A DNA stretch of 64,000 bases from Vulcanimicrobiota bacterium (GCA_963805945.1 CAWDVP010000003.1:166762-230761); one strand, 5' to 3'; counted from the stretch's first letter, positions 19,547 to 30,557 are shown. Made by a program: numbers and translations. Notes: generated from the sequence alone by a model not told the origin.

Positions 19547-21259
19547 ATGCAACCCCGCGCCATCCGCCAGCTCGACGCCGCGACCATCGCGCAGATCGCC
19601 GCCGGCGAGGTCATCGAGCGGCCGATCTCGGTCGTCAAAGAACTCGTTGAGAACAGCCTCGACGCCGGCGCGCACGCGATCCTCGTCGACGTGGTGGACG
19701 GCGGCCGTACCAGCATCGCGGTGAGCGACGACGGCGCGGGCATCGCGCGCGATCAGCTGGCTCTCGCGCTGGCGCGCCACGCCACCAGCAAGCTTGTCGC
19801 CTCGAGCGATCTCTTCGCGATCCGGACCTTGGGCTTTCGCGGCGAGGGCCTGGCGAGCATCGCCGCGGCGGGCGCGGTCGAATTGATCTCGCGTCCGGTG
19901 GGCGACGAGATCGGCGCGCGCATCGAGGCGCATGGCACGCACGTCGGCAAGCCGGCGGCGCATGCAGCGCCGCCCGGCACGAAGGTCGTGGTGCGTGATC
20001 TGTTCTCGCTCACCCCGGCGCGGCGCGAGTTCATGAAGAGCGGCCGGGCGGAGTTCGCGCGCATCAGCGCGTTCTTGAGCCGGCTCGCGCTCGGCTGGCC
20101 GCAGGTCGCCTTCGCCTTGCGCCACGACGGCAAAGACGTGTGGGCGCTGCCGGCGGTGCGCGACGCCGTCGACCGCCTCGAGATGGTGTTCGGACGCGGT
20201 TCGCGCGGCACGCTCATCGCCATCGAGGCGAGCGACGTCGCGGGCGCCGTAGCGGTGAGCGGCTACGTCAGCCGGCCGGGCAGCGACCGGCCTAACCGCG
20301 AGGGTCAGATCTTCTTCGTGAACGGCAGGCTCGTGCGCAGCGGCGCGCTCGGCGCGGCGTGGCTTGCCGGACAGGCGTCGTTCGGCATGACCGGCCGCTA
20401 TCCGTTCGGCGCGATCGCGGTGACGCTGCCGCCGGAAGACGTCGACGTCAACGTCCATCCCACCAAGATCGAAGTGCGCTTCGCGCGCGGCAACGAGATC
20501 TTCGACGCGGTCCGCATCGCCGTCGCGCGCACGCTGCGCGCGACCGAGCCGGTCCGGACGATATCCGACGCTGCATTCGCGTCCGTGCACGACGCGCCGC
20601 TCCATTCCTACGCGCCGGCGCAGCAGCGCTTCGACGCGTCGCCGCAGGACGGAGCGGCGCCGCGAATCGCACCGCTCCACGTCGCGGCGACGGGCGACGT
20701 GCGCGTGTACGGGCAGATCGATCAGACCTATATCGTGGCGGGTGACGCGTCCGGCATGTTCGTCATCGATCAGCATGCCGCGCACGAGCGCGTCGCCTAT
20801 GAGGCGATCCTCGAGCGCGCAGGCGCGGCGGAGACGGGCGCCGCGCTGCTGTTCCCCGCGATCGTCGAGCTCACCGACGCGCAGGCCGCCGTGCTCCACG
20901 ATCACGAGGACGAACTGGCGAAAACGGGCGTCGTGGTCGAAGCGTTCGGCGAACGCTCGTATCGCTTGAGCGCGCTGCCAGGCGGCTACGAGAAAAGACG
21001 CTTCGATCTCGCGGGCATCCTCGACGATCTGGAGACCGACGACGCCGCGCGCGAGGGCGCGGCGCATCGCAATCGCGTGCTGGCCACCATCGCCTGTCAT
21101 TCGGTCGTACGCGCGCACGAACCGCTGTCGCTGCAAGAGCAGGCGGTGCTCTACGATCGCCTCATGCGCTGCAAGGATCCCCACACCTGTCCGCACGGCC
21201 GGCCGACGATGCTGCGCATCGACGCGGCGTCGCTCGCGCGCGCCTTCGGCCGCGCGTAG
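19547..21259 (+). CDS. mutL: DNA mismatch repair endonuclease MutL
   Basis: IAAGEVIERP, GFRGEGL, DQHAAHER, ACH, CPHGRP. Confidence 0.97.
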   Translation: MQPRAIRQLDAATIAQIAAGEVIERPISVVKELVENSLDAGAHAILVDVVDGGRTSIAVSDDGAGIARDQLALALARHATSKLVASSDLFAIRTLGFRGEGLASIAAAGAVELISRPVGDEIGARIEAHGTHVGKPAAHAAPPGTKVVVRDLFSLTPARREFMKSGRAEFARISAFLSRLALGWPQVAFALRHDGKDVWALPAVRDAVDRLEMVFGRGSRGTLIAIEASDVAGAVAVSGYVSRPGSDRPNREGQIFFVNGRLVRSGALGAAWLAGQASFGMTGRYPFGAIAVTLPPEDVDVNVHPTKIEVRFARGNEIFDAVRIAVARTLRATEPVRTISDAAFASVHDAPLHSYAPAQQRFDASPQDGAAPRIAPLHVAATGDVRVYGQIDQTYIVAGDASGMFVIDQHAAHERVAYEAILERAGAAETGAALLFPAIVELTDAQAAVLHDHEDELAKTGVVVEAFGERSYRLSALPGGYEKRRFDLAGILDDLETDDAAREGAAHRNRVLATIACHSVVRAHEPLSLQEQAVLYDRLMRCKDPHTCPHGRPTMLRIDAASLARAFGRA

Positions 21260-21266
21260 GACGCCG

Positions 21267-22191
21267 ATGAGCGGTCTGCGCGCGCTGGCGCTGTGCGGGC
21301 CGACCGCATCGGGCAAGAGCGAGTTCGCGTCGCGGCTCGCCGCAGAATTCAACGGCGAGATCGTCAACGCCGATTCGCGCCAGGTCTATGAAGGTATGCG
21401 CATCGGCACCGGCTGGCCCACGGACGAACAGTTCCGGCGCGCGCCGCACCATCTCTACGGCACAGTGCGTGCAGACGAACGGTATAACGCCGGTCGCTTC
21501 GTCGACGACGCGACGCGCGCCATCGAGGGCATCCGGGCGCGCGGCAGTCTCCCGATCGTCGTCGGCGGCACCGGTCTGTATATCGAAGCGCTCGCCGGCA
21601 GCATGCCGCTCGATCGCCCTGTGGCGAGCGAGCCGCTGCGGGCGCGCGTCCGGCACGAGGCGGCCGTCCATCCGCATGCCGCGCTGCGCGACTGGCTCGC
21701 GGCCATCGCGCCCGAGGCCGCGGAGAGGATCGCGCCGGGCGACCGCTACCGGACCTTGCGCGGGTTAGAAGCGGCGCTGGCCGCCCGGGATGCGGCCCCC
21801 GGCACAGACCCGCGCGGATCCCGCCGCCCGCGTCGCGCTGGACCTCGTCGTGCTCGAAGCAGGCGCGGCAGAGCTCGCCCAGCGCATCGCGGGCCGCGTC
21901 GCGGCGATGTTCGCCGCCGGCCTGGTGGACGAAGCGCTGGCGATCCGCGCGCGCTTCGGGGCTGCGCCCGCGCTCACCGGCATCGGCTACGCCGAAGCGC
22001 TGGCGTTTGCGGACGGGCTGGCGACCGCCGGCGAGGCGCGCGCGCTCGCGACCACGCGGACGCGGGCGTATGCCAAACGACAGCAGACGTGGTTTCGACG
22101 GCTGCCGGAGGCGCTGCGTCTCGATGCGTTCGGCGCGGCGACATGGGATGCGCTGCGCGACAAAGCAAGGGAATATCCGGCGGCGACGTGA
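21267..22191 (+). CDS. miaA: tRNA dimethylallyltransferase MiaA (frameshift near 21800)
   Basis: GPTASGKS, DSRQVY, VGGTGLY; TRAYAKRQQTWFR in a second frame. Confidence 0.93.
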
Positions 22192-22267
22192 ACGGATGTG
22201 AGGTTCTCCCTACAGAGAAGAGCGCCCGCGTCGCGTGCGCGGCGGTCGAAGAGAGTCGGAGACGTTC

Positions 22268-22576
22268 GTGAAGACCAACCTGCCCCTGCAAGATGCATAC
22301 CTGCTCGCGATCAAGCGCGAGAACGCACCCGTGACGATCTACCTGCGCAACGGTTTCCAACTGCGCGGCCACGTGCGGGGCTTTGATAATTTCACCATCG
22401 TGCTCGAGTACGACAACAAGCCGCATCTCGTGTACAAACATGCCGTCTCGACCGTGTCGCCGCAGACGCCGGTGCAGTTCTCGGGCGGCGACCTCGCCAA
22501 CGCGCAGCGCCCCTCGACGAATTCCGAAGCGCCGGCCCCGATCGCCGAAGCCGCCGCGCATGCCGTCGACGGCTGA
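22268..22576 (+). CDS. hfq: RNA chaperone Hfq
   Basis: LQDAYL, IYLRNGFQLRG, LVYKHAVST; directly after miaA. Confidence 0.96.
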   Translation: MKTNLPLQDAYLLAIKRENAPVTIYLRNGFQLRGHVRGFDNFTIVLEYDNKPHLVYKHAVSTVSPQTPVQFSGGDLANAQRPSTNSEAPAPIAEAAAHAVDG

Positions 22577-22602
22577 CCGGCCCTTCAGCACGGAATAGAC
22601 CC

Positions 22603-23427
22603 GTGCCCGTGCTTCCGATCACCAAGTGCCAGGGAACCGGCAACGACTTCGTGCTGTTCGACAACCGCACAGGCCGCACGTGCGACTATCCGGCGCTGGC
22701 TCGGGCGTTGTGCGACCGCCGATTCGGCGTTGGCGCCGACGGGTTGCTCGCGCTCGTCGCCGCATCGTCGCCGGCCGCCGATTGCGGCATGCGCATCTTC
22801 AACGCCGACGGCAGCGAAGCCGAGATGTGCGGCAACGGCATCCGTTGCGCCGCGCTGTACCTGGCGCGCGCGAACGGCGCTGATGGCCCGCGCGCGTTCG
22901 AGACGGCAGCCGGCGTCGTGCGCACCGAACCGGGCTCCGTCCAAGGCTCGGTGAGGGTCGATATGGGCATGCCCACGCGCCGGCCGCCGGCGGCGTTCGA
23001 TCTTGACGGAGAGAAGATGGAATTCACGCGCGTCGCGATCGGCAATCCACACGCCGTCGTGTTCGTCGATGAGCCGCTGGAGACGTTCGATCTCGAGCGC
23101 CTCGCCGCGCGTCTCGCGCGTGAGGGCGCGGACAGCGGCGGCATCAACGTCGAAGTCGCGCGCGTCGACGGCACGGCGATCGCCATGCGCGTGTCGGAGC
23201 GCGGCGTCGGCGAGACCTGGGCATGCGGCACCGGGGCCATCGCGACGGCCGTCGCCGCCATCGCAAGCGGCCGCGCCGCATCACCGGTGGAGATCGTCAC
23301 CAAAGGCGGCAGCACGACGGTGAGCTGGGGCGGCGAGGGCACGGCTGCATTCTTGACCGGACCGGCGCGGCTCGTGTTCGACACGACGGTCGAAGTGACC
23401 GACGCCTCTTTCCGGCCCGGCGCGTGA
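22603..23427 (+). CDS. dapF: Diaminopimelate epimerase
   Basis: GTGNDF, EMCGNG, GNPH, ERGVGETWACGTG. Confidence 0.96.
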   Translation: MPVLPITKCQGTGNDFVLFDNRTGRTCDYPALARALCDRRFGVGADGLLALVAASSPAADCGMRIFNADGSEAEMCGNGIRCAALYLARANGADGPRAFETAAGVVRTEPGSVQGSVRVDMGMPTRRPPAAFDLDGEKMEFTRVAIGNPHAVVFVDEPLETFDLERLAARLAREGADSGGINVEVARVDGTAIAMRVSERGVGETWACGTGAIATAVAAIASGRAASPVEIVTKGGSTTVSWGGEGTAAFLTGPARLVFDTTVEVTDASFRPGA

Positions 23428-24700
23428 CGACCGCTGCGCCGGCGCGCCGTGCGCCAGCCGCGGTCTTCGCGCGCGCGGATGGCGCGGTGTTGGATCTGCC
23501 CGGTCTGCATCTCGCCGTCGATGGTGGCCGGATCGCGCCGGCGCGCGCCGAGGACTTCATTGCGCTGCCGAAGGGCGCGTTGCTGCTGACCCTGCCGGGC
23601 CGCAGCGTGCTGGCGTATCGCGGTTCCGAGCGAGTCGAGCTCGATGCGTTCGAAGGCGCTCCCATCGACGCGGTGGCGGCAGCGCTGCCGCTCGGCTACA
23701 CGCGCACGCTGCTGCCGGCGTTCGCGACGCGGCCCGGTGCGCCGCCGCTGCCGCTGTACGGCTACGCCGCGGTGGGCTGGCGCGATGGCGGCCTGTGCGT
23801 CGCGGCGATGCGCACTGACCACCTCGAGGCGTGGTCCGCCGCCGCGCATGAAGACCAAGCGCTCGAGCGGGCGATCGCGGCGCGCAATGAAGAGTTTCCC
23901 GGCAGTCCGCTGCTGCGCCAGCTCGAACGCTGCGCGCTCGAGTACGGCTGCTATACCGCGCAGAACGCGTTTCTGCGCCAGGGCGAGGCGGCGATCCCGT
24001 TCTCGCCGGCCTGCAACGCGCGCTGCATCGGCTGCATCTCAGAGCAAGAGCCGGACGCCGGCATCGAGAGCGCGCAGCAGCGCGTGCGCGCGTACGCATC
24101 CGTGCGCGACGCGGTGGCGCTGGGGGCGGCGCATCTCGAGCGCGCCGACGCTGCGATCGTGTCGTTCGGCCAGGGTTGCGAAGGCGAGCCGCTGCTCGCG
24201 GCGCCGCAGATCGCCGAGACGATCCGCGGCATGCGCGCGCGCACCTCGCGCGGCGTGATCCACTGCAACACCAATGCGAGCGTGCCGCGCGCGCTAGCGG
24301 AGCTGCTCGACGCGGGCCTGCAGTCGGTGCGCGTCAGCCTCAACGCGGCGCGGCCGCAAGCATATGCCGCATACTACCGGCCGCGCGGTTACGGCTTCAG
24401 CGACGTGGAGGCGAGCATCAAGCTCGCGGTCGAGCGCGGCGCGACGGTCTCGCTCAATCTGCTCACGCATCCGGGCGTCACGGACGATCCCGACGAGATG
24501 GACGCGTTCGCCGCACTGCTCGACCGGCATGCGATCGCGATGGTGCAGACGCGCACGCTCAACGTCGACCCACAGACGTACTTCGCGGCGGTCGGGCAGT
24601 CCGCAGCGCGAACCGATCGGCATGCGGCGTTGGCTGGCGATGGATGAAGAGGACGTTCCCGCGCGTCCGTTTGGGGAACTTCACGCGCGGCTTCGGCTAG
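23424..24700 (+). CDS. Radical SAM protein of unknown function (probable frameshift near 24600)
   Basis: CNARCIGC motif, SFGQGCEGEP; GTGA overlap with dapF. Confidence 0.87.
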
Positions 24701-24714
24701 GCGGCGTTCTCGGG

Positions 24715-25131
24715 CTAGCTCTTGCGGGCCCGGTCGACCTCGTGCGCGACCGCGTTCATCACGATCTCCGTGCCGCTGATCACCGAATCGATGCCCAGCT
24801 CCTCGAAGATCGCCTTGTTCTTCGGGTTGTTGACGCGCGCGATCGTGCGCGGCCGGGCGAAGCGCTTCTTGGTCACCAAGCAGATGACGAGATTGTCCTC
24901 GTCGTCGCCGGTGTCGGCGATCACCGCGTCGGCGCGCGTCGCGCCGGCCTCCTCGAGGACCACGGGATCACAGCCGTCGCCGAGCTGCGCGATCTCGGCG
25001 TTGAGGTTCTGCGCCAGCGCCTGCGCTTTGCGCTCGTTCTTCTCGATGACGACGACCTCGTGCTTCTCCTCGAGCAGCGCGCGCGCGAGGTAGGTGCCGA
25101 GCTTGCCGCCGCCCACGACGATGAGGAACAT
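24715..25131 (-). CDS. TrkA/KtrA-type RCK_N-only potassium transport regulator
   Basis: VGGGKLG, TGDDEDN, IARVNNPKN. Confidence 0.9.
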   Translation of the reverse strand: MFLIVVGGGKLGTYLARALLEEKHEVVVIEKNERKAQALAQNLNAEIAQLGDGCDPVVLEEAGATRADAVIADTGDDEDNLVICLVTKKRFARPRTIARVNNPKNKAIFEELGIDSVISGTEIVMNAVAHEVDRARKS

Positions 25132-25790
25132 CAGCGCGCCGCCAGCGCCGGAGCGATCGTCTTGCGATATTCCGCTTCGGCCTCGGGCGCGACGATGGCG
25201 ACCACCTTGTCGCCCGCCTCGAGCCGCAGGTCGCTGGTGGGGATGAGGCTCACGTCGTTGCGCACCACCACGCTCACGCGCGTCTTGCCGACCAGCGTCA
25301 CGTCGTCCACCGTGCGCCCCGCGAGCGCCGCCGTGACGGCGAACTCGATCACCTCGACGTCGTGCGCGCTCGTAGGGAAGTTTGCGGTAGGGCTCTTGCA
25401 GCAGGGCATTGGCCATCTGATGCGCGCCGACGTGGTCGGGCACACCGTGATGACGCCGAAATCGCGGTACATGGCCGCGCGCGCGGGATCGTAGATGCGC
25501 GCCACGACCGTCTCGACCTTGAAGTGCTTTTTGGCGATGAGCGCCGCCATGATGTTGCGGTTGTCGCCCTCGGTGCAGGTGGCGAGGCCGTCCGCGGTCT
25601 CCACGCCCGCGCGGCACAGCACGTCGACGTCGATGCCGGTGCCGAGGACCATCATGCCGGAAAAATCTCGTCCGAGCCGCTTGAAAGCGGCCGAATTCTC
25701 GTCGATGACGTTGACTTGGTGGCCGCCTCGGACCAGGCGTTTCGCCAGGGTCGAGCCGACGCGTCCGCAGCCGACGATCAGATACTTCAT
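25131..25790 (-). CDS. trkA: TrkA/KtrA-type K+ uptake regulator (RCK_N + RCK_C)
   Basis: VGCGRVG, GDNRN, VARIYDP, C-terminal LEAGDKV. Confidence 0.9.
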   Translation of the reverse strand: MKYLIVGCGRVGSTLAKRLVRGGHQVNVIDENSAAFKRLGRDFSGMMVLGTGIDVDVLCRAGVETADGLATCTEGDNRNIMAALIAKKHFKVETVVARIYDPARAAMYRDFGVITVCPTTSARIRWPMPCCKSPTANFPTSAHDVEVIEFAVTAALAGRTVDDVTLVGKTRVSVVVRNDVSLIPTSDLRLEAGDKVVAIVAPEAEAEYRKTIAPALAAR

Positions 25791-25884
25791 TGTTGGCGCT
25801 GCACTCCGATGCGTGTGGTCGGCCCGTCGTTTCGGGCCGGGCGGCGGCGCGCCCTCCGCTGCCGTTGCGGCAGATGTCGTTTAT

Positions 25885-25930
25885 GTAGGGGCCGAGTCGT
25901 GTATGTGGGGGCCGACCTTTAGGTCGGCCC
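25885..25930 (+). repeat. GTAG/GTGG-type REP (one partial plus one full unit)
   Basis: GTAGGGGCCGA... then GTGG-GGGCCGACC-TTTA-GGTCGGCCC. Confidence 0.78.
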
Positions 25931-25976
25931 TCAAGGAGCGCCAAGAGAGCCGGACGAACGATGACAGGTCACAATC

Positions 25977-26054
<78 letters not shown>

Positions 26055-26104
26055 TTTTCGTAGACCGGCGCGAGGCAAGCGCGCGCCACTCTTTTGAGCG
26101 GACG

Positions 26105-26506
26105 ATGTTTTCGCACTTAAGCCCAGCGGCCCAAGCCGTCGTGCACGTTGCCGAACAAGAATGCCGCAACGCCAGCCACTACTATCTGGGCACCGAGCAT
26201 CTCTTGCTCGCCATGGTGATCGCGCCGCCGCCCGACGTGCTCGAATATTTCTCGTCGCTCGGCGCCCAGCCGTGGGAGATCAAGCGCGCCTTGCGCGCCG
26301 CTATGGATCCGCCGTCGGAGCATCCCTGGGAGGGCATCCTCATCACGCCACGCGTGCGGCGGATCATCGACGGGCTGCGCGACGCGCGGACGGACGATGC
26401 GCCGGTCGAACCGGTGGATATGCTGCGCGCGCTCGTCGCGGACGGCGGCGGCGTCGCCGCGCGAGTGCTCGCGGCGTGGCCGTCGCGCGCCGCCGCACCG
26501 CGTTAG
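26105..26506 (+). CDS. Stand-alone Clp N-terminal (Clp_N repeat) protein
   Basis: AEQECR...HYYLGTEHLLLA; second repeat TPRVRRII...GGGVAARVL. Confidence 0.85.
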   Translation: MFSHLSPAAQAVVHVAEQECRNASHYYLGTEHLLLAMVIAPPPDVLEYFSSLGAQPWEIKRALRAAMDPPSEHPWEGILITPRVRRIIDGLRDARTDDAPVEPVDMLRALVADGGGVAARVLAAWPSRAAAPR

Positions 26507-26510
26507 CGCG

Positions 26511-27140
26511 ATGCAGATACTCCAGGACATCTCGCAGTGGGTGCTCGACCTCATCACGCGGCTCGGTTACACGGGCTTGTTCGCCGGGATGTTCGGCCAG
26601 GCGGTCGGCGTGCCGCTGCCGAGCGAGCTCATGCTCGGCTTCGGCGGCTACCTCGCCTACGTGCACACCTTCAGCTATCCGATCGTGGTGCTCGTCGGCG
26701 CCGCCGGCGACACCGCCGGCGCCATCCTCGGTTACTTCATCGGCTTCTACGGCGGCAGGCCGCTGCTGCTGCGCTTCGGCACGAGATTCTTCATCGCGCA
26801 GCGCGAGCTCGAGGCGGCCGACCGCTGGTTCGCGCGCTTCGGCAATCGCGCGGTGCTGATCTGCAAGCTGCTGCCGGGCATCCGCGCGTTCGGCTCGTTC
26901 CCCGCGGGCGTCACCAAGATGAACTTCGCGATCTTCCTCGGCTACACCGCGCTGGGGGCGATGATATGGAGCGTCGTGTTCGTGACGCTGGGCTTCCATC
27001 TCGGCAAGCACTGGGATCTCATCACCGAGCAGCTCAAGCCGATCTCGATCGTGTTGCTCGCGACGCTCGCGGCCGCGGTCGTCGTCTGGCTCGTCGTGCG
27101 CGCGCGCGCGGAGAAGACGAGACGCACGAACGCGGCGTAG
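26511..27140 (+). CDS. DedA family membrane protein
   Basis: VPLPSELMLGFGG, YFIGFYGG, LLPGIRAF. Confidence 0.92.
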   Translation: MQILQDISQWVLDLITRLGYTGLFAGMFGQAVGVPLPSELMLGFGGYLAYVHTFSYPIVVLVGAAGDTAGAILGYFIGFYGGRPLLLRFGTRFFIAQRELEAADRWFARFGNRAVLICKLLPGIRAFGSFPAGVTKMNFAIFLGYTALGAMIWSVVFVTLGFHLGKHWDLITEQLKPISIVLLATLAAAVVVWLVVRARAEKTRRTNAA

Positions 27141-27155
27141 CCTGATGGTGCACCC

Positions 27156-29047
27156 GTGACCTCGCTGCAAGAACAGCTCGACCACCTGCCCGCGGAGCCC
27201 GGCATCTATCAGATGCTCGACGCCGGCGGCGCGGTGCTGTACGTCGGCAAGGCGATCGACCTGCGCTCGCGCGTGCGCTCGTACTTCCAGCCCGGCCGCG
27301 CGCACCACGCGCGCACCGACGCGCTCGTGGAGCGCGTCGCGGACATCCGCACGATCATCGTCCGCAACGAAGCCGAGGCGCTGCTGCTCGAAGCCAACCT
27401 CATCAAGCAGTTCAAACCGCAGTTCAACGTGCGGCTCAAGGACGACAAGAAATACCCCTACCTCAAGGTGACGCTCGTCCGAGTCCTATCCGCGCGTCAT
27501 CTTCACGCGCAAACTTGTCGATGACGGCAGCCGCTACTACGGCCCATACACCAACGCCGCGGTGCTGCGCGATTCGATCAACCTGATCCGGCGCGTGTTC
27601 CCGATCCGCACCTGCCGGCTCGACGACATCGGCATCAACCTGCACCGGCCGTGCCTCCAGTACCACATCAAGCGCTGCATGGCGCCGTGCGCGGGACTGC
27701 AGACGCGCGACGAATACATGGCGATCGTCGCCGAGGTGGTGCTCTTCCTCGAAGGCCGCCAAAGCGTCTTGGTGGACAAGCTCGAGCGCCAGATGCTCGA
27801 GGCGGCAGAGCACTTGTCGTTCGAATTCGCGGCACGCCTGCGCGATCGCATCAAAGAGATCAAGCGCGTCATGACGCGCCAGGAAGTCGTGTGGCGCAGC
27901 CGGATCGACATGGACCTGGTCGCCGGAGCGCACGCTCAGGGCGTGTCGTGCATGGAAGTGTTCTTCGTGCGGGCGGGCAAGCTCGTCGGGCAAGAGCACT
28001 TCATCGTGGAGGGCACCGAAGGCAAGATCGCCGGACGAGATCCTGGCGAGTTTCGTGGCGCAGTACTACGCCACCGCGCCGAACGTCCCCAAGGAGCTGA
28101 TGCTCGAGGCGGCCGTCCCCGAAGCGCGCGCGCTCGGCGAAGCGCTGTCGCTGCGGCGCGGCAATCGCGTGCGCGTGCTCGTGCCGCGCCGCGGCCGGCG
28201 CGCGGACTACATGGAGACGGTGCGCAAGAACGCCGAGCAGCACCTCAAAGAGTTCTTGACGACGACCGCGGTCGCGGCGGAGCGTTCGACGGCCGCGCTG
28301 GAAGAGCTCGCGGCCGCGCTCGCGCTGCCCTCGGTGCCGCAGCGCATCGAGTGCTATGACATCTCGCACGTCCAAGGGACGAACGTCGTCGGCTCGATGG
28401 TCGTGTTCGAAGGACGGGCGGCCGAAGAAGAGCGACTATCGCCGCTTCAAGATCCAGGGCGTGGAGGCCAACGACGACGTGGGCGAACATGGCGCAGATG
28501 TTGCGCCGCCGGCTGCGCTACCTCAGCCCCAAGGATATGGAGCGGTCGAGTTCACCGACCGCGAAGCTCGCGAAACAGAAGACGCCGGGTAAGGACAAGA
28601 AATTCGCACAAGCGGCCGAGCCTACTGCTCATCGACGGCGGCAGAGCGCAGCTCGATGCGGTCGTCGCCGTGCTGCGAGAGCTGGACCTCGTCGCGTTGC
28701 CGATCGCCGCGTTGGCGAAGCAATTCGAAGAGATTTATCTCCCCGACGAGCGCGAACCGGTGTTGCTGCCGCGCAATTCGTCGGCGCTGCATCTCGTGCA
28801 GCGCGTGCGCGACGAAGCGCACCGTTTCGCCGTGGCCTACCACCGCTCGCTGCGCGGCAAGCAGCAGATCGCATCGGGTCTCGACGGGCTGGCGGGCGTC
28901 GGCCCCGCTCGCAAGCGCGCGCTCGTGCGCGCGTTCGGCTCCGCGGCGGGGGTCAAGCGGGCGTCGCTGAGCGAGCTGGAAGCCGTTCCTGGGATAAGCC
29001 AGGGCCTCGCCCGCTCGATCCACGCCTCGCTCAACCAGGAATCGTAG
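27156..29047 (+). CDS. uvrC: Excinuclease ABC subunit C (several frameshifts)
   Basis: PGIYQM..YVGKA, NVRLKDDKKYPY, CLQYHIKRC, IECYDISH, IDGG, RDEAHRFA, HhH tail. Confidence 0.93.
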
Positions 29048-29094
29048 CGGTCGCGGCCGCAACCGTCAGTTCCAGTCATGGGGGAATCTCATCG

Positions 29095-30039
29095 ATGTTG
29101 AAGCGCTTGATCCTCGCCGCTGCGATCGCCGCGGCATGCACTGCATCCTTGGCGGGCTGCACCAACGGCACCACCAGCGGCGGCACGATAACGTCCAACC
29201 CGCGGCTCTTCGTGGCCAATTTCGCCGGCGGGGGCACGACCTCTAACCTCGTCGCCTTCAAGTTCCCGATCAACACCGGCGCGTCGCCGTCGATGACCTT
29301 GCCGGGCGGCGCTGCGGGGCCGAACGGCGCGCAAGGCGTGGCGATCGATGGCTTCGCCAACCTCTACATCGCGAATTCCGCCAGCAATCGGGTGATCGGC
29401 TACCGTCCGGTGACCAATTCGGGCAGCACGCCGGCGATCGCGATGACCAACGCCTTCATGACCACACCTGAGGACCTCACGTTTGACAGCCTCGGCATCA
29501 TGTACGTCGCCAACTTCACCGGCGGCGTCGGCAGCGGAGCGATCGTCACGTATAACCCGCCCTTCGTGAGCGCCAGCGTGCCGCAGATCATCGTGACGTC
29601 CGGCATCAACGGCCCGACCGGCGTCGCGTTCGACGGTTTCGTCCGCATCTACGTCGCGAACAAGACGGCGGCCAATGTGGTCGCATACTCGCTTGCGGGT
29701 CTCAGCCACCTCAGCACCCCCGCCTTCACGCTGACCAGTGGTTTGACCGGTCCCGTGTCGGTCGCGTGCGACTCGGCGGGCGTGCTCTACGTCGCGGATC
29801 AAGCCGGAGGCGCCATCAGAGTGTACGACACGCCTGGCCCCGCCGCCACGCCCACCTTTTCCATCACCAACGGCATCAGCGCGCCGCGCTACGTCTCGGT
29901 GGACAGCAACGGCACGCTCTACGTCTCGAACGCGGCATCGGTGACGATCTACATCCAACCGTTGTCGGCGGCGAGCACGCCCGCCGCGACCTTGACGACG
30001 GGCATCAGCAATCCGGTCGGCCTCGGGGTCGGGATCTAG
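29095..30039 (+). CDS. NHL-repeat beta-propeller lipoprotein
   Basis: Lipobox LAGC; repeated P-x-G-V-A-F-D-x-x-G-x-L-Y-V-A-N-like units. Confidence 0.82.
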   Translation: MLKRLILAAAIAAACTASLAGCTNGTTSGGTITSNPRLFVANFAGGGTTSNLVAFKFPINTGASPSMTLPGGAAGPNGAQGVAIDGFANLYIANSASNRVIGYRPVTNSGSTPAIAMTNAFMTTPEDLTFDSLGIMYVANFTGGVGSGAIVTYNPPFVSASVPQIIVTSGINGPTGVAFDGFVRIYVANKTAANVVAYSLAGLSHLSTPAFTLTSGLTGPVSVACDSAGVLYVADQAGGAIRVYDTPGPAATPTFSITNGISAPRYVSVDSNGTLYVSNAASVTIYIQPLSAASTPAATLTTGISNPVGLGVGI

Positions 30040-30078
30040 TCGAGAGGGGCCTCCTGCAGCCTGCGCGAACTCGCGCGC

Positions 30079-30462
30079 ATGCATCTTATCGTACGCTTCA
30101 TCGTCAATGCATTAGCGTTGCTGGCGATATCCTATTGGCCTTGGCACATCATGGGGATCCATAGCGACGGATGGCTGCCGGCGGTCGAAGCCGCTGTCGT
30201 GCTGGGCATCGCGAACGCGATCGTCCGGCCGATCCTCATGCTGCTGACGTGCCCCCTCATCATTTTGACCCTCGGCATCGGCACGTTGTTCATCAACGCG
30301 CTGATCTTCTATTTCGGGTTGAAGTGGATCCCGGGGTTCTACGTGCCGGGCTACTGGGCGGCGTTCTGGGGCGCGATCGTCATGACCGTCATCTCCTGGG
30401 TGCTCTCGCTCATCATCCGCGAGCCCCACGAGGAACGTCCCCGGGCTTCGCAATCGTCCTAA
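30079..30462 (+). CDS. YvlD/DUF360 (phage holin family IV-like) membrane protein
   Basis: NAIVRPIL..LTCPLIILTLG..INAL; GYWAAFWGA. Confidence 0.88.
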   Translation: MHLIVRFIVNALALLAISYWPWHIMGIHSDGWLPAVEAAVVLGIANAIVRPILMLLTCPLIILTLGIGTLFINALIFYFGLKWIPGFYVPGYWAAFWGAIVMTVISWVLSLIIREPHEERPRASQSS

Positions 30463-30486
30463 GGGTAGCGCGTGCTCATGGGTCAA

Positions 30487-30512
30487 GGGCCGACCTAAAG
30501 GTCGGCCCCTAC
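30487..30512 (-). repeat. GTAG-type REP
   Basis: Minus strand GTAG-GGGCCGACC-TTTA-GGTCGGCCC. Confidence 0.8.
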
Positions 30513-30557
30513 ATCCTTGCGCGTGCCGCGACGAATGCGGTACAATAGCACGGTCGC

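Noticed and set aside
19454..21367. Long antisense ORFs (for example 637 aa opposite mutL, and many others)
   Set aside because: Expected shadow ORFs in high-GC DNA; no motifs
30079..30462. Holin-like gene beside tmRNA as a prophage remnant
   Set aside because: YvlD/DUF360 is a common chromosomal membrane protein; no integrase, phage genes or duplicated tmRNA 3' end seen
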